A stretch of DNA of 36,813 bases from a virus (lineage: Duplodnaviria; Caudoviricetes). Below are positions 27,401 through 34,600 of this stretch, piece by piece (positions within the stretch are counted from its first letter, which is position 1; the number at the start of each line of letters is the position of its first letter). The position numbers and the translations under genes were made by a program. The notes under the pieces are model-generated. The model did no database searches and had not been told where the DNA came from. It was given only the letters and a program-made list of their open reading frames with translations. Location of the stretch: positions 1 to 36,813 of IMG/VR virus record IMGVR_UViG_3300005805_000223. One strand, given 5' to 3'.

Positions 27401-30067
27401 AATCCCCCAGTGATTATTGTTGGTATTCCAACTGCATATAGCAATGTTGTATTTACTGGCGGTCAAGGTCAAGGTCTTAAGGCTACGATTGTTGTTGGCA
27501 CGGGTGGTAGTATAATTGATTTTAACATCACAGATAGAGGAATTGGATATGCAAATGGCGATTTGTTAACTGTTGCTGGAATTCCTACAAATGTTGGTGT
27601 TGCATTCAGTGCATTTACTTTTACGGTAAATTCTATTAATACTGATGAATTTTCTGGATTTAGTTTTGGTCAACTTCTTCCATTATATGATTTTTCTGGT
27701 GAGTTTAATTCATTCAAACGTGTCTTCACCTTAAGGACAATATCAGGAACAATAGTCAATATTGATTCTAGTGATACCTCACTTAAAGTTGCAAATAATT
27801 TACTTGTATTTTTAAATGATGTTCTTCAAAAACCAGGAGAAAATTATTTGTTTACTGGTGGAACCGAAATCGAATTTACTGAAGCACCAAAAGAAGGAAG
27901 TAAGTTACAAATTCTTTTCTTTAGAGGATCTAACAAAGATGTAAATGATGGAATTCCACAACCTACTGTAAAAATTGGTGATAAACTTCAACTTAGAAGA
28001 CAGGACAATTTTGTTGATCAAAATCAAAGAACAATTTTAAATATTACAGGAACTAGTAAGGTTGAGACGAATATTTATGGTGGTTTGGGTATTAATACTA
28101 ATCCAGTTTTCTTAAGAAGTGTTTCTTGGGAAAAACAAACTAGTGACAATATTATTAATGGGCAACAATATCCTAAGTCTAGAGAGTCTTTGATTGCAAA
28201 AATACAACCAACAACAAGAATTATTCAAAATGTTGGTATTTCATCTAATGAAATCTTTGTTGAAAATGCATTTCCACTCTTTAGTGCCTACGATAATCGT
28301 TCAGACAGAAACACTGTACCTGGAGCTGGTATTAAGATTCTTAGGGAAAATAATGTTGATAGAGCTCATGCATCAGTAGTAGTTGCATTAGGTGGAACAG
28401 TTTCTTCTGTAACAGTCACTGATGGTGGTTTTGGATATGAAACGCCTCCAACGGTTTCCTTTGCAACAACTTACATTAAGACAAAGGAAATTGGTAAAAC
28501 ATGGACACAATCAATATCAAACACTGATATTGAATATAGAGGAATTACATATACTTCTGGAACTTTTATTGCCGTTGGATCCAGTTCTGGAATTAATACA
28601 TCTATAGACGGAATAACTTGGTATGATGCAAGCCCTGTTGGATTTGGAACGTTTTTCGACATTGTTGGAATGTCAACAAACATTGTAGCAGTTGGTCTTG
28701 GTGGAACAGTTGCAATCAGTACTGGAAACTTCCTATTCAATGAGTCAGTTATCTATTCCAGATCTTTAAACGGATTCTTATATTCATATGATGATACAAA
28801 TATCACCCAGGATTTAAATGCAGTTGTTTTTGGTCAAAACAAAGGTGTTGTAGTTGGTTCAGCTGGAACAATTTTATTCACTGAAGATGGTCCTAGTGGA
28901 TTTGGAACTGCATTTGTTATCGCGTCAAAATATTCAACAGAAAATCTCCGTGGTGTTGGATCTAATGAAAACATCTTCATTGCAGTTGGTGATAATGGAG
29001 AGATTCTTAGATCAAATGATGCTGAGATTTGGGTTGGTGTAACAACAAATAGGATCACTACTAGATTTAATGATGTAATCTATGGTGATGGTAAATGGAT
29101 TGCCGTTGGTGCAGCAGGATCTATTATTAGATCAACCGACAATGGTCTAAATTGGAGTGTAGTTTCTTCTGGATCAACATTTAATCTCAATTCTGTTTAT
29201 TATCAGGATAAAGTTTGGGTTGCAATTGGGCAGAGTGGAATGGTACTCAACTCAATTGACACAAATACTTGGTATAAGAAGTTTGTTGGAGTTGGAACCG
29301 ATTTTAATGCACTAACATACGCCGATAATAAGTTGGTATCGGTTGGATTGTCATCCAGTATTTACTACAGTATTGGTGAATCTGTATCCGCTGCAGCTAC
29401 AGCAACAGTATCTGTAGCCGGAACTGTTTCTTCGATTACAATCACCGATGGTGGATTTGGATATGATCCAAACCAAACAGTAAATGTTCTTTTATCAACA
29501 GAAACCGTTACAACGGAAGTTCTAACGAGTGTTGACTGTGAGGGTGACTTTGGTGTTGTCGTTGGTGTTGCCACCAGCGCAACGGGTATCAATACCACAA
29601 GTCCAATGGCAATATTTGAATTTGACTCAGATAATTTCCTTAACCAGGCAGGATTTGGAAATATAGAGAGAAGTGGTATTCAAACTGGATACTATTTCGT
29701 AATACATGATTCTGTTGTTGGTAATGGATTAACTTCCATCACTATTGAAAATAATGTTATTGGTATTGGTACATCATTTATTGATAATGTTTATCGTGCA
29801 GATAGAGTAGATAATGATGGTGCCGCAGGTATTGTTACTGTTTACTCCAACGTAAGATCTCTTGCTGGTCTTGGAACAACAAGTATCTCACCCAGAATTG
29901 GATACTACAGTTGGGGTAGATTCTATAACTTTAATAGAAGTGTTACCAATCCAGAATCATTTACAATTTATAATCAAAATGGATACACTGGACTTACTAC
30001 GTCACCTCTTGTAATTCGTATCAAGGGTCTTAATGAAAACTACAACAACTTCACCCAGACCACCTAA
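18425..30067 (+). CDS. gp7: Giant baseplate wedge initiator gp7-like structural protein (3880 aa)
   Basis: N-terminal QLPSFVQEENPLFIDFLKQYY and KDFYASKGT; DNDYYQNFSYSIKS...VHPAGYK; lies between gp6 and gp8. Confidence 0.88.
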   Translation: MIDTDSKKVQINQIVKSQLPSFVQEENPLFIDFLKQYYLGQEYQGGPIDIITNFNNYQKVETFSGNESLIGFTTCVGDVTSFTDTINVVSTAGWPSEYGLLKIDDEIITYTGITTNSFTGCVRGFSGVESLHKSSQPESLVFTQSEADSHVSSSRVINLSNLFLQEFWKKTKNQFLPGFEDRTLNSQVDKANFLRQAKDFYASKGTDEAIKILFSVLFNKQSDIIKPIDYLIAPSDADYVITNDMVAELISGNPNKIIGQTLYQTGEDGISASIFNIQRTERNNREYYTINLSKGSVVGEFKITPSSLLVENISIGSTVITVDSTFGFTESGSIYVGRGQTVGLATYSEKSSTQFFGVTGITSAYADGELIRGKETIYSYEDGDPTKPVYFRLTSVVSGAAIDDVNGLVTGDRIDSKFLGNVSKDTEYKLNSWIHNIKTKTKVAKNNNNTSIISGTNNVTTASPHLLYIDDPITLVDESSAIASNVEGTVNQIISPTEFKISISSGTIDINKTYSVRKNLIFASTVSNANGVSNFVANVQNSYSNVDNTKFYVTSGSLPGYTIFATNRQKTFTSVNISGTNISINNHGFYSGDLVKYSPVSVGSSAIVGLTTGSTYAVTKIDDNTISLSESLYDASVKRFITLGGAGGNHRIVPREISDKNIKYQNFVREFPAIPVHKVYEPVFQNENIGMFRNGVEIFSNRSGDIIYYGSIENIDVENGGSGYDVLNPPNINIYDSVGSGATAFPVVENGSFKRIDITYAGYDIKQVPSIKITGGNGSGATAEVRLRRTNNNQPFNSDIDVNTTDDRIQFNTNHLFFNGETVVYKKASNYSSVGGLIDGGIYYVYVINDTDVQLMTSYNDAVNGTNPVDLTQKSAGTGRLISVVERNVLDSVIVTNSGSGYSNRKVLVNSTTYPSITFDEEIRSGINTADDYIFFKNHGFKSGDLVEYSTTDTPISGLSTTLNYYIFSVDKDRFKVANAGVGTTATQLNYQKNIFVNLQSVGVGTHIFKYPDINVSIDVISGIANTSLSTPTLRPVCTGSISDVHLTSVGSGYGVTDTFNIQRRPNVTISNGSGARIDVIIQDGSVVQTKIKDGGSGYATPPILTVNGDGKYARLVSTLTNGVITGVTIVDAGKGYLEKNTTVTVTPVGSGSKFKAHIKKWEVDFVQKYKKSINENDDGIIISSQNSDYGNKFAHGYLPRKLRLIINDNINSNFSEKSTVSHSPIVGWAYDGCPIYGPYGFSSPTGGIVRRLTPGYSLKSKPNRPPVSIYPLGFFVTDWSYTNSGDLDQYNGRFCKTPEYPNGVYAYFCTINPSNSIEIPFVSNREPLFPYVLNGFKFQKNEFNEKPTSIQDIPILNSGNLIRNTYPYKFGFENSEYDYLVTNNIKHTELTVRNIKKSGVSTISSINGGEGYKVGDKIVFNNTNSSGNSATAKVKTLTGIGISQINLGVTTVSGVSFVFDGQTFTGIASTSHNLRDGDIVNISGIGTGEIKFIEGTRTIAVSSVTARLDVGIGTSGATGITTTLVLETSGSSNAILVDDILVGGATSERMKVLSIDRLNNKYRVRRQIGVLTSHESGTLFTVDQSRFTFTVGVKTDLVIKPNKKIVFNPQNSIGIGTTVVVQNVSGVGTTTVVRVKSNDGTILTDHNLPPSGSTADSSISIVGHDFFSGQELIYSVGPIGVALTVSNNLDLSNPFNLIDGQTVYAVNKSKDLIGITTTRTGIGTTATSLYFSPIQNNTGVEHSFTTKNTEYTGTVKRYDVSVLTGSNHNLTTNDKVTITVVPNTTISKFIEYDTISRKTIIDPVYFGTSSVGVGTSNSIITVNNHGFVSGDKVLYISSSPASSLINRGEYYVKVIDENRFRLSTNYSDGVNFNDQYVGITTVGSGVHKLAKINPIISAFRGQTIGFAVSDSSISNFDLQFFEDQDFINKYEGSTISGEITKSGTPGNSGSLVNLKLSDDVPSTLYYKLTPFNLDTISADKRDAEPDKDVVNGSKIVINNSVYAGTYSITTTSNHQFRYSLSKKPESNSYTNSGITTFGYVTTSSTALGGINEIEVTFPGVDYLKSPGINTVQTLNGTDSFLRVDDKNIGRPGFVEVTKIGFDYPSDKSVKPKINIPSYITLTKNYKVSSIGIVTTGRNYLTPPTLIVVDRPDISLRANLEGTSVSSVDILSNTSGFDDIQSSCRIISIRNTNGVGIVSASSDGNTNFLTISQPLNGWKSDGSDFPFTVGDRIFVEGVGLTTSLLSTGGYNSSDYNYSLFTVLTRNPSSAQITYSIAGIGTTGGTYDSANSSGRVIKQSDLPTFSVNFEPDNFFDGEKVTYSSSGFAFVSNDGYDPVTNTLRLKTENPAVSIGNVIKGSISGAEGTVSKVQSYDKFFNTGFFAERPKGWQKNTGKLNDDFQKLEDNDYYQNFSYSIKSEVQETEWSNAVDGIVHPAGYKKFSDLVVNSISSAGFSRSNNLRVSAGAADTSLFVNVDNLKSFYNRDDFDLASEETITNGLSKFITFSSRKITTFINALTNKVDVIDDISSRFTGIGTTSSANLVGLTSFRLTVENGTIVPFNKIFDGSSSSVISVGSSIIRINNHNFQTGEKIKYDPDQNGTYGNNRIGIETTNNVIGGISTDFLPDQLFVTKIDNNTFSIAGLATAVTNSQPLIFRSVGTGTSHSFYVPNPDERVIIDLDGIIQSPLYKKNVSVGLASSIGIGSTTITVVGITSIFAGNLLQINSEILRVSTVGFGSTNVIAVERGLLGTVSAAHTVGSAVTMRGGDFHIIKDTIFFTDPPYGPIGFTSLDPGISTTSTFSGRIFNRQNPITNFVFDDISNKFTGVGKTFSLFEEGQNTTGIVTTIQGDGGSDEVINYGVILINNIFQRPTIDYNMDQAQDPGIGASIFFTGTVRENLPKGGIVNEVTVGFGSGYQNLVAAAATAIINPAGAIESVVVTGGGSGYRSSDSINIQVLNPLGIGSTAILSATVGAAGTITGISTVSGGSGYASTNPPVIIVGIPTAYSNVVFTGGQGQGLKATIVVGTGGSIIDFNITDRGIGYANGDLLTVAGIPTNVGVAFSAFTFTVNSINTDEFSGFSFGQLLPLYDFSGEFNSFKRVFTLRTISGTIVNIDSSDTSLKVANNLLVFLNDVLQKPGENYLFTGGTEIEFTEAPKEGSKLQILFFRGSNKDVNDGIPQPTVKIGDKLQLRRQDNFVDQNQRTILNITGTSKVETNIYGGLGINTNPVFLRSVSWEKQTSDNIINGQQYPKSRESLIAKIQPTTRIIQNVGISSNEIFVENAFPLFSAYDNRSDRNTVPGAGIKILRENNVDRAHASVVVALGGTVSSVTVTDGGFGYETPPTVSFATTYIKTKEIGKTWTQSISNTDIEYRGITYTSGTFIAVGSSSGINTSIDGITWYDASPVGFGTFFDIVGMSTNIVAVGLGGTVAISTGNFLFNESVIYSRSLNGFLYSYDDTNITQDLNAVVFGQNKGVVVGSAGTILFTEDGPSGFGTAFVIASKYSTENLRGVGSNENIFIAVGDNGEILRSNDAEIWVGVTTNRITTRFNDVIYGDGKWIAVGAAGSIIRSTDNGLNWSVVSSGSTFNLNSVYYQDKVWVAIGQSGMVLNSIDTNTWYKKFVGVGTDFNALTYADNKLVSVGLSSSIYYSIGESVSAAATATVSVAGTVSSITITDGGFGYDPNQTVNVLLSTETVTTEVLTSVDCEGDFGVVVGVATSATGINTTSPMAIFEFDSDNFLNQAGFGNIERSGIQTGYYFVIHDSVVGNGLTSITIENNVIGIGTSFIDNVYRADRVDNDGAAGIVTVYSNVRSLAGLGTTSISPRIGYYSWGRFYNFNRSVTNPESFTIYNQNGYTGLTTSPLVIRIKGLNENYNNFTQTT

Positions 30068-30070
30068 ATA
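30064..30070 (+). promoter_or_regulatory. Probable late promoter (CTAAATA)
   Basis: TAAATA overlapping the gp7 stop, about 20 bp before gp8. Confidence 0.55.
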
Positions 30071-30089
30071 AAACAAAAAGTCTGTTAAA

Positions 30090-31694
30090 ATGCCCGCGAT
30101 TATTTCAGATCAATTTAGAATATTAAATGCTGCGAATTTTGTCGCTGGTGTAGGTAGCACTTCACAATCATATTATACCTTCATTGGACTTCCAAATTCC
30201 AATGATGTTGGAGCTGGTTATGGCACTACTGATTGGAATACCAACACCCCAGCACCAAAAGATGGTTTTAGAGAGTATAATGATGATTATGATACCATGA
30301 TCGCTCTCAAGAAACTTACCACAGGTGATGTCAAAAGACTAGTTAGAAAATATACATGGACATCTGGTACTGTCTATGAAATGTATAAAGATAACTATTC
30401 TAGAACTAATTTAAGTCCTCAGACATCATCAACTAATTTATATGATGCAAAATATTATGTTGTGAATAGTCAATACAAAGTATATCTTTGTATTAATAAT
30501 GGACAAAATCCAGAAAATCCTTTGGGTACTCGTTCTCTTGATGAACCAACATTTACTGATTTAGAACCAAAGAGTGCGGGAACAAGTGGTGATGGTTATG
30601 TTTGGAAATATCTCTACACGATTACACCAACTGATATTGTTAAGTTTGATTCTATTGATTATATTCCTGTTCCAGAAAACTGGGGAATTGGAGATACTGC
30701 AGATGTAAAAAATAATTCAGTGGATGGAAAAATTGAAACCGCCCTTATTGTTAATTCTGGTGGTGGATATCAACCAATTTCAACAACGTTTAATAATATT
30801 CCAATTTTAGGTGATGGAACTAATGGTAAAGTTAGTGTAACTGTTGATTCTCAAGGTAAGGTTTCAAATGTTTCCATAACAAATGGAGGAACTGGGTACA
30901 CTAGAGGAAGAATTGAATTTTATCCTGGAGCTCCTGGTTCTGAAACTGGTGGACCGATTTCTGGTCTTTCTGCTGTTGGCGTTGGAACAACATCTGTGGC
31001 TCAATTTGAAGTACCTATTCCACCACCAGGGGGTCATGGATTTGATATTTATAAAGAATTAGGTGCTTTTAGAGTTCTTCTCTATTCTCGTTATGAAAAC
31101 GATTCATCAAACCCAGATTTTATCACGGGTAATGATTTTGCTAGAGTTGGTGTTATTCATAACCCACTTACACCCGCAGGAAGTATTCTTTCATCATCAA
31201 AAGCAAGTGCGCTTACTGCATTAAAACTTAAAAGTAACACTGGTGGTAATATTACGGATACTACTTATAGTGTAGATACACCAGTTTATCAAACTATTGG
31301 TGTTGGTTCTACTGCTGTTGGATATGTAGCAAACTGGGATAGTTCAACAGGAGTTTTAAAAATTTATAATCCAGTGGGACTTGGATCAACCACTTATGGA
31401 TTTAGAATGGTTGATTTTACTTCCGAAATTGGTGCTGGTGGAACGTATGTGATTTCTGGACAAACTGGTGGAGATGCTCTTGGTATTGATACCAGTTTTG
31501 GAAGCAATGCAACCCCTGGAACGGCAACAACGATTGGATCAGCCACGGTTCAACTTGGACAAAGTTTTGTTAAAGGTGTTGCTCAACCAGAAATTAAAAA
31601 ATATTCTGGTGAGATCTTATACATAGATAACAGGGCAGCAATTCAACGCAGTGCCACCCAGAAAGAAGACATTAAAATCGTACTAGAGTTCTAA
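30090..31694 (+). CDS. gp8: Baseplate wedge subunit gp8
   Basis: MPAIISDQFRILNA...YYVVNSQYKVYLCINN...DGYVWKYLYTI...SGEILYIDNR...QKEDIKIVLEF. Confidence 0.93.
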   Translation: MPAIISDQFRILNAANFVAGVGSTSQSYYTFIGLPNSNDVGAGYGTTDWNTNTPAPKDGFREYNDDYDTMIALKKLTTGDVKRLVRKYTWTSGTVYEMYKDNYSRTNLSPQTSSTNLYDAKYYVVNSQYKVYLCINNGQNPENPLGTRSLDEPTFTDLEPKSAGTSGDGYVWKYLYTITPTDIVKFDSIDYIPVPENWGIGDTADVKNNSVDGKIETALIVNSGGGYQPISTTFNNIPILGDGTNGKVSVTVDSQGKVSNVSITNGGTGYTRGRIEFYPGAPGSETGGPISGLSAVGVGTTSVAQFEVPIPPPGGHGFDIYKELGAFRVLLYSRYENDSSNPDFITGNDFARVGVIHNPLTPAGSILSSSKASALTALKLKSNTGGNITDTTYSVDTPVYQTIGVGSTAVGYVANWDSSTGVLKIYNPVGLGSTTYGFRMVDFTSEIGAGGTYVISGQTGGDALGIDTSFGSNATPGTATTIGSATVQLGQSFVKGVAQPEIKKYSGEILYIDNRAAIQRSATQKEDIKIVLEF

Positions 31695-31698
31695 GAAA

Positions 31699-34600
31699 AT
31701 GCCCCAAGAGACTAACCTTAACGTTTCTCCATATTTTGATGATTTTAATGAAGATAAGAACTTTAATCGGGTATTATTTAAACCCGCTAGTGCAGTACAG
31801 GCAAGAGAGTTAACACAACTCCAGTCTATTCTTCAAAATCAAATTGAAAGGTTTGGACAACACTTCTTTAAAGAAGGGTCGATGGTCATTCCTGGCCAAA
31901 CTGCATATGATCCACTTTACTATGCAGTAGAAATTAATGAAAGTTTTCTGGGTATTCCAGTTTCGGAATACTTAGAACAACTTGTAGGAAAAGTCATTAG
32001 GGGATCAAATTCTGGTGTTGAAGCTACAGTAGTAAACTATCTATTGTCTTCAAATTCTGAGAGAGGAAACAATACTCTCTACATTAAATATAAAAAATCT
32101 GGTTCTGATTTTACAACAGAAACATTTCAAGATGGAGAAAACCTAATTGCATTAACGGATATTGAATATGGTATCTCTCGTATTGTATCCAATAATCCGT
32201 TTGCTGTTTGTATTGCATCTAATGCAACTTCAACGGGTAGTTCGGCTTCAATTCAAGAGGGTGTATTTTTTATTCGTGGATATTTTGTAAAAGTACAGTC
32301 CCAAACAATCATTCTTGATCAGTACAGTGCAACTCCAAATTATAGAATTGGTTTGTTTATTGATGAAAATATTGTAACTGCTTATGATGATGCATCACTG
32401 TTCGATAATGCATCTGGTTTCTCCAATGCTTCAGCTCCTGGCGCTGATAGATTTCAACTTAAAACAACGCTGATTAAAAAGGGTCTAGAAGAATTCAACG
32501 ATGAAAATTTTGTTGAATTAATGAGACTTGAAAATGGTAAACTTCAAAAGTTTGTCAATAAAACTGATTATAACCTTATTAGAGATGAACTTGCCAAAAG
32601 AACTTATGATGAAAGTGGAGATTACTATGTAAAACCATTCCAAGTTAAAGTTGTTGAGTCTCTTAACGATAGACAGGGAAATGGTGGTATTTACTCATCA
32701 AATCAAAAGACATCTCAAGGTGGAACACCAAGCAATAATTTGATGTTATATCAGGTTTCTCCTGGTAAAGCGTATGTAAAGGGATATGATATTGAAAAAC
32801 TGAATACTTCTTATATCGATGTTGACAAACCAAGAGATACAAAGACTATTGATTCAACATCTTTTGCTGTCAATGGTGTTGGATATTTAAAAGTAAATAG
32901 AGTTTATGGATCTCCATTTGTTGGCTTTGGCACTACTGCTGTAGTAAGTCTTAGAAGTCAAAGAATTGGTGCCGTAGATGCGACTCCAGGTGGTATTGAA
33001 ATTGGAAATGCGAAAGTTTATGATTATAAACTAGAAGCTTCTGCATATTCAAATGATCAAACAAAATATGATCTGTATCTATACGATATTCAAACATTTA
33101 CAGAGATTACAGTAAGTTCAAGTCTTACTCAAACTACTCCCGCTTATATTGAAGGTGCAAGAAGTGGAGCTAAAGGTTTTTTAAAGAATAATATTTCTTC
33201 TTCAACATCTCTTACTCTGACCTCAACAAATGGTCAATTTATTATTGATGAACCAATCAAAATTAATGGAATTCTTGATACTAGAGTTGTAACATCTGTA
33301 AGGGAATATAAATTTGATGATGTCAAATCAATCTATCAAACTGTTGGTATTAATACTTTTAATGCGGATAGTTTGTTATCGGATAGATTTTTTGTTGCTC
33401 CAGTTGGAACCAATTTTACAATTGGTACGGCAGGTGTTTGTACGGCTTCTGGAAATAGATTCTCCGTTGGTATTAATACTGGAGATATTGTAACTTACAA
33501 TAAACAAGGTCAATCAGTTCCAACATTTAATAGAGTAAGTGCTTTATCTGCTGATGGTTCTACGATTACACTTGCATCAACTCAAACAGTAACGGGTGTT
33601 TGTAATGGTGATCTTCCATCATCAGAAATCCAAACAAGTGATTTCTCCGTATTAAAACCAAGACTTATAAACGGACAAAATTCAACTCTTGCTACTAGAC
33701 TCCCAAATTCCTACATTTCAAATGTAGACTTGTCAGATTCTGAAATTCAAATTAGAAAACAGTTTACAGTTAACGTATCCAGTAATAGGGCTACAGTAAC
33801 TATTTCCAACGCAGATGAATTCTTTCAACCATTTGATGAGGAGAGATATAACCTTGTTTTCTCAGATGGCACAATAGAAGATTTGACTGGAAAAGTAAGT
33901 TTCAATGCTTCTTTTAAAACCGCTACTATTGTCAACCTTTCTAAGGCTACGGATACAAATGCAATTTTTGTTTCAACAGTTAAAAAAATTAATGTAACAT
34001 CACAAACTAAAAATTTGTCCAGATGTGATAAATTAGTTGTTTCTAGATCTAAGTATCAATATGCTGGTGTAGCAGGAACCAACTTTAATAATGGTTTAAC
34101 GTACAATACTGTTTATGGAACAAGAATAGAAGATAATGAAATTTCCTTGAATGTTCCTGACGGACTCCGTGTTCATGCCGTATTTGAATCCAGTACAACT
34201 GGAGATCCAACTCTTCCAAATATTACTTTAATTAATAGATCTCAAGTTTTAACCAACACACTTCAGGGTGAATTGGTAATCGGAGATATTACAGGAGCGG
34301 TTGCAAGAGTTGTAACTTCTACTACTGGGAATGTTGATATTGTTTACAAAAATGAACTAAGATTCTCAGTAGGAGAAACGGTGTCATTCCAGTCATCTGG
34401 TATTACTGGAGAAGTTTCTGCAGTTGTTGTTGGTGATAAAAATATTGTTGATAACTTCAGTTTTGATAATGGCCAAAGAAGTGAATTTTATGACTATGCG
34501 AGAATTATAAGAGATGCAAACTCTCCAGAACCCAAAAAGAGACTTGCAATTGTATTTGATCATTTTAATATTGATCCTGGATCAACTGGCGATCTTGGGA

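Noticed and set aside
18425-30067. Intein, intron or frameshift explaining the size of gp7
   Set aside because: It is a single open frame with no intein or LAGLIDADG/HNH motifs noticed. The size comes from structural repeats.
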